DNA of 64,000 nt from contig JARIGK010000002.1 of NCBI GenBank assembly GCA_029288895.1, positions 94,986-158,985 on the forward strand, in the 5' to 3' direction. Positions 29,120 through 37,720 of the stretch are shown here, in pieces; position 1 is the stretch's first letter; each line of letters starts with the position of its first letter. A program made the translations under genes and the position numbers. The stretch comes from Candidatus Adlerbacteria bacterium (GTDB lineage Bacteria; Patescibacteriota; Minisyncoccia; Phycocordibacterales; SBAW01). The notes below the pieces were generated by a model. It did not search any database and had not been told where the DNA came from. It saw nothing but the letters and a program-made list of their open reading frames with translations.

Positions 29120-30040
29120 TCACCAACCGCCTGATGCACCTCCGCCGCCCGAGCGGCCGCCGCCAAAACCGCCGAACCCGCCACCGCGGCCGCCGCCCAT
29201 TCCACCACCGCCTATCCACCACGGCGGGCGCGTACCGTTTTGTTTTGAATTGGCGTATGCGTTTGAAACGACATAGTCAAAAAGGAGACCAAGCACGATA
29301 AGCCCAAGGAAACTGACCCCGCCCCACAATGCCGCGAGTGCAAAGTACCACCAGACACCCGCGCCAATGACGCCCCCAACAACACCACCCGCCCACCACG
29401 ATCGGCTTCGCGCCAATATTGCAGCAATCCACTGTAGTGCAATAAAAAGCGCGAAGAATATGCCCGCGTAGTCTTTAGGATTTGCATCAACAGTGCCCGT
29501 GCCCGTATATTCGTTTTCCGTTGCACGTTCAATATCTTGGACCGCTGCTGTGACACCTGCGTCATAGTGCCCTGCTTTAAATGCTGGGGTGATGTCATTA
29601 TTTATGATGCGCTGTGCCACACTGTCGGGCAGCGCGCCTTCGAGCCCGTAGCCTACTTCGATACGTACGGCGTGGTCCTGCATCGAGATAAGGAGCAGCA
29701 CACCGTTGTCGCGATTTTTCTGGCCAATACCCCACGTTTTGAATAACTCTTCTGCGTAGTGTTCGACATAATCGCCACCCATGTCTGGCACGATAGCGAC
29801 TGCGATTTGGTTTGATGTCGACGCTTCAAATTGCGAAAGTTCTGCGTCCAATTGCTGCACTACCTGCGGCTGCAGCGTGTGTGCGAAATCGTTTACATAC
29901 CCAGTCGCACTCCCTGGTGCTGTAAAGGCAAAAACAGGAGCCGCAAAAAGAAACAGAAGGGCTGCGCAAAAACCTCCCCACTCCAGGGAGATATACCTCG
30001 CCCTTCCGTGGGGAGTTTTTGCTGTAGCCCCGAACTTCAT
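29120..30040 (-). CDS. TPM-domain protein (YgcG-like) with Gly-rich C-terminal tail
   Basis: TPM domain YVNDFAHTLQ...QIAVAIVPDMGG...GVLLLISMQDHAVRIEVGYGLEG; TM; GGGGMGGGRGGGFGG tail; N-terminal region contains palindromic element copy 2. Confidence 0.7.
   Translation of the reverse strand: MKFGATAKTPHGRARYISLEWGGFCAALLFLFAAPVFAFTAPGSATGYVNDFAHTLQPQVVQQLDAELSQFEASTSNQIAVAIVPDMGGDYVEHYAEELFKTWGIGQKNRDNGVLLLISMQDHAVRIEVGYGLEGALPDSVAQRIINNDITPAFKAGHYDAGVTAAVQDIERATENEYTGTGTVDANPKDYAGIFFALFIALQWIAAILARSRSWWAGGVVGGVIGAGVWWYFALAALWGGVSFLGLIVLGLLFDYVVSNAYANSKQNGTRPPWWIGGGGMGGGRGGGFGGFGGGRSGGGGASGGW
29966..30022. repeat. Palindromic RPE-like mini-element copy 2 (about 57 bp, 15-bp TIRs) inside the 5' coding region of the TPM-domain gene
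   Basis: TIRs gcaaaaacctcccca / tggggagtttttgc; core cagggagatatacctcgcccttccg identical to the tgt copy. Confidence 0.7.
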
Positions 30041-30044
30041 ACGT

Positions 30045-30620
30045 TTAGAGGTTGACCGTCGGAGGAGTTTCCGCGCCGGCCTGGGCCTGGAACATCGTGC
30101 GCGCATGGAAGCCAAACATCTTGGCGATGATATTGCCTGGGAAGGTCTGCACGCCCGCGTTGTACGACGCGACCATGTCGTTGTAGCGCATACGTTCGAC
30201 TGCGATGCGGTTTTCTGTACCAGAAAGTTCGGCCATCAAGCTCTGCACCGTGTCGACAGATTTAAGCTGCGGATAGTTTTCCATCACAACAAGCAAACGA
30301 GAAAGCGACGATTCGACATTGCTTGCAGCCGCTGCCTGCGCATCTGGCGTTGTGGCACCCGCATACTGCGTGCGTGCTTGTGCAATAGCGTCAAAGACGG
30401 CTTGCTCTTGCTTCATTGCACCTTTGACCGAGTTTACGAGATTCGGAATAAGGTCAAAACGGCGCTGGTACTGCGACTGCACCTGTGCCCACTGCGCATC
30501 GACTGCAATGTTGCTCTTTACCAAGCTGTTATATTTTGCCCAGCCAAAGAGGACAACCAAAACGGCAATGATAATAAGGACCACCGGCCACGTAAGCCAC
30601 TTTCTAAATGAGTTTTCCAT
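30045..30620 (-). CDS. LemA family protein
   Basis: N-terminal TM plus LemA domain (NSLVKSNIAVDAQWAQVQSQYQRRFDLIPNLV...MENYPQLKS...RMRYND). Confidence 0.85.
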   Translation of the reverse strand: MENSFRKWLTWPVVLIIIAVLVVLFGWAKYNSLVKSNIAVDAQWAQVQSQYQRRFDLIPNLVNSVKGAMKQEQAVFDAIAQARTQYAGATTPDAQAAAASNVESSLSRLLVVMENYPQLKSVDTVQSLMAELSGTENRIAVERMRYNDMVASYNAGVQTFPGNIIAKMFGFHARTMFQAQAGAETPPTVNL

Positions 30621-30662
30621 GGTGTAAGTATAGAGCGATCATGGTATAAAACAAGTATTGTT

Positions 30663-31694
30663 ATGAGCCGCCGTACAGAAAAACTCAGCCGCACGCCAAG
30701 CCGCACCATGCATATACGCATGGGTGCAAGTTTTCTAGTAGGCGCTCTATGCGCCGCAGGCGCCTTTCTGGTGTGGATGCAGTACCACCCATTCACCATC
30801 TACTCCAAACCGCTCCGCCTCGTGGGCGAATATAAGTTAGTTGCCCCACTGTTGGCGTGCCAAACACTGGACTCGGGCGTTGTTCCCTCAGACAAAGCAC
30901 TCACGAAAAAAATCCAGACCATCATTACGTCGGCAGAAGCAAACCACAACGCAGAAGATGTATCAGTCTATATCCAACACTTTAACACTGGGCAGTGGGT
31001 TGGTATTGGTGAAAATAAATTGTATGCCCCCGCAAGCTTGGCAAAAGTGCCTCTCTTTATTGCGTACCTCAAGGCAGCGCAGGATGACCCGAGCATTTTA
31101 AACAAAAGCGTTCTCTACAGCGGCTCTCTTGAAAGCGAAGACGAGGAAGATTTCCAACCGATGACAGTTGGCAAAACGTATACCATCCAAGATTTGCTGT
31201 ACCGGCTTATCATCTACTCGGACAATGATGCAAAGGATTATTTACACAACATCATCAACCCCACAGTAGTAACCGACGTGTTTAAGGACTTCGGTCTAGA
31301 AGAGCCGTCGGCGCAAGACACCGGCGACTCGATGTCTCCAAAAGAATATTCGATCTTCTTCCGCACGCTCTACAACTCGACCTACCTCACACCCGACATA
31401 TCAGAAGCTGCACTCCAGATTTTGAGCGAGACTAAATTTAATGATGGACTTGTCGCAGGCGTTGCTTCGAGTACGCCGGTGGCGCACAAATTTGGCCATC
31501 GCCGCTTCGATATGCCGCAACTAGGCCAGGGCGGTATTACAGAAGAATTGCATGACTGCGGCATCGTCTATACACAACCAAACCCGTACTTTATTTGCGT
31601 GATGACCAAGGGCTGGAATGTAGGCGACCTCAAGTCGACCATCGCACGCATTTCACAAGCTGCGTACCAAACTATTTCAGCAGAGAAAAATTAA
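30663..31694 (+). CDS. Serine hydrolase of the class A beta-lactamase fold
   Basis: S-x-x-K (ASLAK), SDN (YSDND) and KTG-like (HKFGH) motifs in correct order and spacing; N-terminal TM anchor. Confidence 0.6.
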   Translation: MSRRTEKLSRTPSRTMHIRMGASFLVGALCAAGAFLVWMQYHPFTIYSKPLRLVGEYKLVAPLLACQTLDSGVVPSDKALTKKIQTIITSAEANHNAEDVSVYIQHFNTGQWVGIGENKLYAPASLAKVPLFIAYLKAAQDDPSILNKSVLYSGSLESEDEEDFQPMTVGKTYTIQDLLYRLIIYSDNDAKDYLHNIINPTVVTDVFKDFGLEEPSAQDTGDSMSPKEYSIFFRTLYNSTYLTPDISEAALQILSETKFNDGLVAGVASSTPVAHKFGHRRFDMPQLGQGGITEELHDCGIVYTQPNPYFICVMTKGWNVGDLKSTIARISQAAYQTISAEKN

Positions 31695-32386
31695 AGTCCT
31701 GCTGCACCAAAGAGGACGCCTGCTCCGTAGGTAATTGCCATCGCGGCAACGCCGCCCAGGACAACACGCACCACAGCCGCGCCTTTGTGTGCACCTCCGG
31801 CCTGCGCGCTCAAGATGCCCGTCACAATAAGTACGATAATGACTGCGACAGACATCACAGTGATGTGAATAGAAATGGGCGCAAACATAACCGCCAAAAG
31901 CGGGATAATTGCGCCTGCAACAAACGATGTTGCGGATGCAATTGCGGCATGCCACGGGTTTGTTAAATCGTTAGGGTCGATGTTGAGTTCGGCGTCGGCG
32001 TGGGCTGCAAGCGCGTCGTGCGCTGTGAGTTCGCGCGCAACAATGTGCGCAGTTTCATCGCTCATGCCTTTAGAGCGGTAGATCGCTGCCAGCTCTTCCA
32101 ATTCTTGTTCAGGCATTTCTTCCAATTCGCGCTTCTCTTTTTCAAGAAGAGCCTGTTCGGTGTCGCGCTGGGTCGAGACCGAGACATATTCGCCCGTCGC
32201 CATCGAAAGTGCGCCGGCTACCATACCCGCTACGCCTGCAGCAAAAATTGCACGGACCGAACCATCGGCACCAGCCACACCCATAATTATCGAAGATACT
32301 GACACAACGCCGTCTTGCGCACCCAGTACCGCAGCGCGCAGCCAGTTGAGGCGGGCATTTATACCCGCGTTCGATTCCTTATGCAT
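31691..32386 (-). CDS. VIT1/CCC1 family iron/manganese transporter
   Basis: VIT-family N-terminal LRAAVLGAQDGVVSVSSIIMGVAGA, central cytoplasmic helix region, C-terminal TM helices; start trimmed to MHKESNAG. Confidence 0.8.
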   Translation of the reverse strand: MHKESNAGINARLNWLRAAVLGAQDGVVSVSSIIMGVAGADGSVRAIFAAGVAGMVAGALSMATGEYVSVSTQRDTEQALLEKEKRELEEMPEQELEELAAIYRSKGMSDETAHIVARELTAHDALAAHADAELNIDPNDLTNPWHAAIASATSFVAGAIIPLLAVMFAPISIHITVMSVAVIIVLIVTGILSAQAGGAHKGAAVVRVVLGGVAAMAITYGAGVLFGAAGL

Positions 32387-32430
32387 ATACGCGTAGTATA
32401 CCGTACACGCTGAATCACTTATGAATACAC

Positions 32431-33594
32431 TTAGTAGCGCGGAGGCGGCGGAGGCATCATGCCCGGGCCCCCTTGGCCGCTGTGCCCACCTGTTGGTTTT
32501 GGCTCGTGCGATGTGCCGCGGTAGCAACTCACCGAATATGGGAAGTCGTACGTCAGCACGTAGTGATATGTCGTGACTTGTTTGCCATCAAGTTCGATGG
32601 TACTCGTGAGGCCGTGGCATTCGTCCAAGTCGGCTGACGTTAGATACTTCCCTGCCGACACTTCGGGCCCCGTGATTGGGAAGCCGTCGAACGCGTAGCC
32701 AATGGTTTGTGTGACCATCGGCGATGTAAAACATGCGCTCAAGTTGTGATAGTGGTAGCCCTCTTCATTGTTCGGGTGGCCGTCGCAGCTATCTTGCTCT
32801 TCGTGTGCAGGTGCGTCTCGGTAGAGCGCATCAAATGCATCATTTAAGGTGACGCCGTTTGTCATAATGCCAACCTCGCCGTAGATACAATCAGGTGTCG
32901 ACGCAATGCTGGGGTACGCCGGCAATGAGTAATTATTATTTTGTGCGGTGATAGAGCTTTGATTGCGGTCGTACTGCGATGCCGGGTCGCTTGTCTGCAC
33001 CGGGAAGGTGCCGGTGTTGTGATTGGTCGGCAGATCATTACTTGCAATGCTGCGCGTGCCGTTTGCCACCGAAACTTTCATCGATGCGTTTGGCCACGGC
33101 ACACTCCCCTGCACGTGTACTTTTGTTGTTGCATCCCACGTAGCGCCGTGGATCCACGGGCCGTTTACTTGGGCACCTTGGCCGCCCGATGCAACGTGGC
33201 ACACATACACGTACCCCTTCTTTGCGCCCGAAGTCGTGTACTTGCTGTCGCCAAGCGGAAGCTGTGTCAGATCGACCGGACCTGCCATCGCGACAAGCTC
33301 GGCGTTGGTGTACACGTGGCCATACGTTGTTGCTGATGATGTCTGCGCAGATGTTGTGTTTGCCTGCACAGAAGTTGTGTTTACCTGCGCAGAGCTTTCC
33401 GATCGGCTTCCTGTCGGAACCGCGGAGAAGCTCTGCTCCGGCGTCACATTTGTCGCGGATGCCGAAGCCCCTCCATCGGTAACGCTACTTTCTATTACAT
33501 TAGTTCGCGGTGGCTGATGAAAATGGAAGAAGCCAAACAACAGCAACCCTGCGCCCACGACAATGCCGCCCGCCATTTGGAAAATATTCATGCC
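32431..33594 (-). CDS. Secreted YHYH-domain protein
   Basis: EGYHYH and YHYVLTYDFPYSVSCYRG motifs of the YHYH family; N-terminal TM/signal, Ser/Thr-rich linker, Pro-rich C-terminus. Confidence 0.7.
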   Translation of the reverse strand, partial: GMNIFQMAGGIVVGAGLLLFGFFHFHQPPRTNVIESSVTDGGASASATNVTPEQSFSAVPTGSRSESSAQVNTTSVQANTTSAQTSSATTYGHVYTNAELVAMAGPVDLTQLPLGDSKYTTSGAKKGYVYVCHVASGGQGAQVNGPWIHGATWDATTKVHVQGSVPWPNASMKVSVANGTRSIASNDLPTNHNTGTFPVQTSDPASQYDRNQSSITAQNNNYSLPAYPSIASTPDCIYGEVGIMTNGVTLNDAFDALYRDAPAHEEQDSCDGHPNNEEGYHYHNLSACFTSPMVTQTIGYAFDGFPITGPEVSAGKYLTSADLDECHGLTSTIELDGKQVTTYHYVLTYDFPYSVSCYRGTSHEPKPTGGHSGQGGPGMMPPPPPRY

Positions 33595-33637
33595 TCTATT
33601 GTACCCAAAAGAAAAAGCCCCTCGAGAGGGGCTTGTG

Positions 33638-34333
33638 TTAGCTCTGTGGGAAAAGATTTTTCTCTCCCGATGGAATTGCAATACTTTGCACGAAGTTTAG
33701 AAGCTTGGCCTGTATCGCAGCTTGGTCGCTCGAGGTAAATTCTTGTATCGTGCCCGCTGGGTAGTTAGCAAACTGTGTCTGCCCTACGCGTGTTTCAAAC
33801 TCGTAACACGTCGAGTTGCTGCGCACGTACAAACGATAGAGCGAACCCTGCGCCATATGCCCGGCACCCGCGTCGCCGACATTGCCAAAGACAGATGACG
33901 AGTATGCGTCCGCACTGCGCTGTGATGTCGGCACGGTCTTCGCATCAAAGCCCGAGGGCGGCGTGTTCAAACACGTGCGTTCGGTCGAGAGGTCAGCGCG
34001 TTTTTGGATACGCACACCAGCACTCTCAAAATTGGTGCCTTTATAATCGCCGCCGTTGTAATAGAGGCAGTAGGTAAAGCCTTCGCTGCATGGCGGGATG
34101 TATGAGTGTACGAGCACCTGCGCTTTGTTTGTTGCCAAACCAAAGTCGGCGGGTTTTGCAAACGTTATCGTGCCATCGGACGTGGTGTCCCCCATGTTGG
34201 TGGTGGTAGCGACAGTTCCGCCAGGGTTACCCGGCACAGCAGGAGCCTGCGTGTATTTTGCACCAATAAAAAGGAGTACAACCGCAATCGCCACAACAAG
34301 CACAATAAGCCCGTTACGAGTGTTGGTATTCAT
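33638..34333 (-). CDS. Hypothetical secreted protein
   Basis: N-terminal signal/anchor MNTNTRNGLIVLVVAIAVVLLFIGA; no recognised domain. Confidence 0.45.
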   Translation of the reverse strand: MNTNTRNGLIVLVVAIAVVLLFIGAKYTQAPAVPGNPGGTVATTTNMGDTTSDGTITFAKPADFGLATNKAQVLVHSYIPPCSEGFTYCLYYNGGDYKGTNFESAGVRIQKRADLSTERTCLNTPPSGFDAKTVPTSQRSADAYSSSVFGNVGDAGAGHMAQGSLYRLYVRSNSTCYEFETRVGQTQFANYPAGTIQEFTSSDQAAIQAKLLNFVQSIAIPSGEKNLFPQS

Positions 34334-34390
34334 ATATATAACTATAGCGTACCCATACGATGACGAGCTTTGACCGTCTCTATTACAACC

Positions 34391-34651
34391 TCATCTGTGG
34401 AGCTGTGACGCAACATTTTGGATGTAGTGCGCTATCCAGCCAAAGCCAGGCAATAGCCCAAAGAGCGACAAGAGCCAGCCCAATACAATAAGGGCGATGA
34501 TGCTGCCCACGATGGCACCCACACCCTGCAGCACGCCGCCGCGGAAGGCATTCCACGGGCTTGATGTGCGCTCTTTCAACTCGCTCAGCTCTTCTTCAAT
34601 ATTCTTTAAATGCTCAAGCCCCTCTTCAAGCTGGTCGTCTGTTTCGTCCAT
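34391..34651 (-). CDS. Small membrane protein
   Basis: ATG at 34651 directly downstream of a terminator; acidic N-terminus then two hydrophobic helices. Confidence 0.4.
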   Translation of the reverse strand: MDETDDQLEEGLEHLKNIEEELSELKERTSSPWNAFRGGVLQGVGAIVGSIIALIVLGWLLSLFGLLPGFGWIAHYIQNVASQLHR

Positions 34652-34665
34652 ATATAAAAAGTATA

Positions 34666-34700
34666 CCAACAAAAGAAAAACGGCCCGTGCGGGGGCCGTC
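34666..34700 (-). terminator. Intrinsic terminator
   Basis: Minus strand: gacggccc ccgcac gggccgt followed by TTTTCTTTTGTT. Confidence 0.6.
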
Positions 34701-34863
34701 ACATAAGAATCAAAATCCTGCCGCAGCAAGAACAACGCTTGTCGGGAGGAAATTCAACCTCTGCAATCTTCTCCTCTTCAGGGGTCAATTTCTCCTTGCG
34801 CTGTATCTTGTTGTAGATACGCTTTACTTCGTCAATGCGTGCAGATAATTCCTCGAATTTCAT
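34699..34863 (-). CDS. Unannotated small ORF (54 aa) with strong Shine-Dalgarno
   Basis: AAGGAGG 6 nt upstream of ATG at 34863; MKFEELSARIDEVKRIYNKIQRKEK...DKRCSCCGRILILM; stop lies in terminator stem; below the ORF-track size cutoff. Confidence 0.3.
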   Translation of the reverse strand: MKFEELSARIDEVKRIYNKIQRKEKLTPEEEKIAEVEFPPDKRCSCCGRILILM

Positions 34864-34958
34864 GTCGCGCCTCCTTGCGTGACAATTGCCTGCCGGAACT
34901 ATAGCACAAGAGATATAGCCGTGTATGATAACGAAAGAAATGTTCAGCGAGGTGCCCG

Positions 34959-35369
34959 ATGTCGATATTCTACGAATCGACCAGGCGGGCCCGCAAAGCC
35001 CGCTACTGCGATTATTGCCCCCACATGATCGAGCCTGGAAACATCTACGAGCGAAAGTTCATCCGGCACGATAAGGGTGAAGCATCGCTCCGCAACATGC
35101 TCTGGTGCGAGCATATCGACCCACCCTGCCCTGACCCTTATATGGAGATGGTCGAGCCGGGTCTTGCCGAGATAGAGATCAAGGTAGAGCTTGGTGTGCC
35201 GATCGAGATGGTTTTAGAGAATCGTCTCATGCAAAAAGTTCTTATCAACGGAGAAGTGGTAACCGAAAATGAAGTGGTTACTGTCTTCCGCGAAGGTCAG
35301 GCAGTGCCCATGTTCGCCGACATCTTCGTTGGCCCCGATACAGGCGGCGATGAAGACATTGCGTTTTAG
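34959..35369 (+). CDS. Hypothetical Cys-rich protein
   Basis: 136 aa with CDYCPH...C...CPDP cysteine cluster; followed by hairpin plus T-run near 35372..35400. Confidence 0.45.
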   Translation: MSIFYESTRRARKARYCDYCPHMIEPGNIYERKFIRHDKGEASLRNMLWCEHIDPPCPDPYMEMVEPGLAEIEIKVELGVPIEMVLENRLMQKVLINGEVVTENEVVTVFREGQAVPMFADIFVGPDTGGDEDIAF

Positions 35370-35451
35370 CCCCAGCTGCATGCCGGGGCTTTTTTTATTA
35401 AAAAACCAAACCTCGCAAAAATGCCTATTTTTGCTATTCTTCTATATGTAT

Positions 35452-35522
35452 TGCCCGATCGTCTAATGGTAGGACAGAGGCCTTTGAAGCCTTTAATCGT
35501 GGTTCGAATCCATGTCGGGCAG
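35452..35522 (+). tRNA. tRNA-Gln (anticodon TTG)
   Basis: Cloverleaf: acceptor TGCCCGA/TCGGGCA, anticodon loop CTTTGAA, T-arm CGTGG-TTCGAAT-CCATG, discriminator G; no encoded CCA. Confidence 0.8.
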
Positions 35523-35544
35523 CTCGTTAAGGTAGAATAAAGCT

Positions 35545-35949
35545 ATGGAAAAAACTTATATCGATAAGCTCGCTTTTATCGAGTTGAAAGATAGAAAAGT
35601 TTTGGAAACTAAAAGCCGCGGCAAAGATACATGGTATATACCCGGCGGGAAACGTGACGAAGGCGAAAGTGACGAACAAGCTTTAATACGAGAAGTCAAA
35701 GAGGAGTTAAATGTAGAAATTGATCCAACTACGATAGTTCATTATGGAACTTTCGAAGCGCAGGCTCATGGCAAACCAGAAGGCACGGTTGTTCGTATGA
35801 CTTGCTATCAGGCAAAATATTTTGGTGACCTGACCCCCAGTGCGGAAGTAGAAATGATGGATTGGTTCGACTACTCAAAAAAGAACTTAACATCTCCTGT
35901 AGATCAGATTATTTTTGACGATCTAAAAGATAGAAATCTGATTGATTAG
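35545..35949 (+). CDS. NUDIX hydrolase (cassette 1, tRNA-proximal; low GC about 40%)
   Basis: Nudix box GGKRDEGESDEQALIREVKEELNV. Confidence 0.85.
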   Translation: MEKTYIDKLAFIELKDRKVLETKSRGKDTWYIPGGKRDEGESDEQALIREVKEELNVEIDPTTIVHYGTFEAQAHGKPEGTVVRMTCYQAKYFGDLTPSAEVEMMDWFDYSKKNLTSPVDQIIFDDLKDRNLID

Positions 35950-35960
35950 GTTTGAAAAAA

Positions 35961-36045
35961 GTTCGAATATCGTCACCACACGAGTATTTCCATTTTTATA
36001 CTCACTTTGTTCGTTAAAAATGAGGTCGCCCAGACGGCCAGCTCG
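35961..36045 (+). repeat. Cassette-boundary repeat R1 (split copy: gttcgaatatcgtcacca ... cccagacggccagctcg with about 50-bp insert)
   Basis: Halves of the 30-bp consensus GTTCGAATATCGTCCCAGACGGGCAGCTCG; 3' flank CAGCTCGTTAGATAAAAG matches tRNA-Gln 3' flank CAGCTCGTTAAGGTAGAATAAAG. Confidence 0.65.
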
Positions 36046-36077
36046 TTAGATAAAAGAAAAACGACGCACATGCGTCG

Positions 36078-36416
36078 TTAATGGAGAGATGTTTTCCGGA
36101 TACTTTTCATCTTCTCCTCCAAGTCACAAAAGCCGAGTTTAATGAGTGCTGGCCTAGCTTCAATTGGGCCGCTCCAATACGCACCCATCTCATCGATGAT
36201 ATAGAGCGCCCCCTCAGATGTTAGGAGAGCAGGAAGATGTTTTTGTGCGACAAGACGTTTGATCTCCCTCCGAGACATTTTTGTAGACGGTTCCAATCCA
36301 AAAGAACTCATATTGGCTTCAATTTTTTCGAAGTCATTTTTGGAAAGAATTTCATCGCCGGGCATACATCCAAGAGCGCGGAGATTCTGTTCGTGCTTGC
36401 TCGGTTTCTTTGGCAT
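36078..36416 (-). CDS. Hypothetical protein (cassette 2)
   Basis: 112 aa; GAGGAGG RBS before ATG at 36416; palindromic terminator acgacgca-c-tgcgtcgt at 36057..36076. Confidence 0.5.
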   Translation of the reverse strand: MPKKPSKHEQNLRALGCMPGDEILSKNDFEKIEANMSSFGLEPSTKMSRREIKRLVAQKHLPALLTSEGALYIIDEMGAYWSGPIEARPALIKLGFCDLEEKMKSIRKTSLH

Positions 36417-36475
36417 GCAAATGCCTCCTCGATATATTTGAATCTAAGAGCAACGTACCATATCTTCCAGCAAGG

Positions 36476-36504
36476 TTCCAACTTCGTACCAGACGGGCAG
36501 CTCG
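36476..36504 (+). repeat. Cassette-boundary repeat R2 (hybrid type: TTCCAACTTCGTACC + AGACGGGCAGCTCG)
   Basis: 3' half identical to consensus; 5' half matches the variant seen in R6/R9. Confidence 0.65.
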
Positions 36505-36553
36505 TAAAAAAAGAAGAAGGCCGTCCATCCCATAAGGGAAGACGACCTTGAGT

Positions 36554-36862
36554 TCATGGCTTGTCGGGTGTCTCCTCGAAAGTGGCGACGCACTCCTTCA
36601 GGGAAAGGAAGAGTTCCTTTCGTTTGTTGAGGATAAAGGCATCGCCGACTTTGACGCGAAGTAACCAGATGTAGTTTGAGCCTTGAAAGACGGTCACACC
36701 GTTAAGGGTTACAGAATGATCACTAGGGTGACAGGCCATGACCCTCACGACCTCTTCAGGCGCGATGTAGAAATAACCACCGAGGCTGATTGAACGCTCG
36801 GCTCCAAAAGCTGGGGATGAAAGAACGAGTAGCGCACACACACCGGCGAATCGATTCAACAT
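36554..36862 (-). CDS. Hypothetical small secreted protein (cassette 3)
   Basis: Signal peptide MLNRFAGVCALLVLSSPAFGA; GGAGGA RBS. Confidence 0.5.
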   Translation of the reverse strand: MLNRFAGVCALLVLSSPAFGAERSISLGGYFYIAPEEVVRVMACHPSDHSVTLNGVTVFQGSNYIWLLRVKVGDAFILNKRKELFLSLKECVATFEETPDKP

Positions 36863-36977
36863 CACAATCCTCCAGATAAACAGGCCTTGATGAATTTACC
36901 ACACTTTTCTAAAATGTCAGCTCCATTTAATCGAGGAAGTTGGAGATTGCATGCACCATGCCCGCTCCCCTAAACTA

Positions 36978-37019
36978 GTTCGAATATCGTCACCACTATC
37001 GTCCCAGACGGGCAGCTAG
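36978..37019 (+). repeat. Cassette-boundary repeat R3 (gttcgaatatcgtcacca-ctatcgtc-ccagacgggcagctag)
   Basis: Consensus with 8-bp internal duplication; lies between divergent cassette genes. Confidence 0.65.
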
Positions 37020-37077
37020 TGACTTTTTGAATAATTTATTGTAGTTTCCATGGCGGGTCAGCACATGGAGGAACATA

Positions 37078-37617
37078 ATGACTGAGACAGCGGCTCGTGA
37101 GGGCAAGGGCGGTAGACTTCGTAGCGTCGAACGTCCAACGCGGCATCTGCCGAATTGCGCGCCGCCGGCACACACGAAGGTTTATGGCACGGGCGAGACC
37201 GAGCAGGAGCGACAGAGTGACATCTTCGAATTCGTCTGTGCAGAGGAATGGCACGACCACTTCGTCGGCTATTCATACGACCGCTCCAACCATCGGACTG
37301 GTCGCTACGACCGTCAGGGGTTGGTCCAGTCCGGCGCCATCATCTCGCTGGCATGCGGTCTCTCGAGCTGGATCTACCCAGATCATGTCCTGATCGACAT
37401 GGGCGAGATCAAGTTTCCGATTCCAATCTATGTCGGAGACAAGATTCGTCTGACATTCAGGAATCGTGCTCCGCAGGGCGTGCGGTACATCGACATCAAG
37501 CTCGAAGTCTTCCGCGAAGAGGAATGGCATGCGGTCTGCTCGACTCGCGCGGTTATTACCCGCTTCATCCCGCCGATTCGCAAGGACTATGTCGAGGCAC
37601 CGGATCAGTCGGCATAA
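37078..37617 (+). CDS. Hypothetical protein, possible hotdog-fold (cassette 4; high GC about 58%)
   Basis: GGAGGA RBS; 179 aa; composition markedly GC-richer than neighbours; followed by terminator 37631..37667. Confidence 0.5.
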   Translation: MTETAAREGKGGRLRSVERPTRHLPNCAPPAHTKVYGTGETEQERQSDIFEFVCAEEWHDHFVGYSYDRSNHRTGRYDRQGLVQSGAIISLACGLSSWIYPDHVLIDMGEIKFPIPIYVGDKIRLTFRNRAPQGVRYIDIKLEVFREEEWHAVCSTRAVITRFIPPIRKDYVEAPDQSA

Positions 37618-37630
37618 GTAGCAACATTGC

Positions 37631-37667
37631 AGACCGTTCCACTCAATCGGACGGTCTTTTCTTTTTA
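37631..37667 (+). terminator. Intrinsic terminator
   Basis: agaccgt tccactcaatcgg acggtct followed by TTTTCTTTTTAT. Confidence 0.7.
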
Positions 37668-37674
37668 TATATTT

Positions 37675-37704
37675 GTTCGAATATCGTCCCAGACGGCCAG
37701 CTCG
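37675..37704 (+). repeat. Cassette-boundary repeat R4 (GTTCGAATATCGTCCCAGACGGCCAGCTCG)
   Basis: Near-perfect consensus copy, 16 nt upstream of the next cassette ATG. Confidence 0.7.
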
Positions 37705-37720
37705 AGTATACTATTATCTA

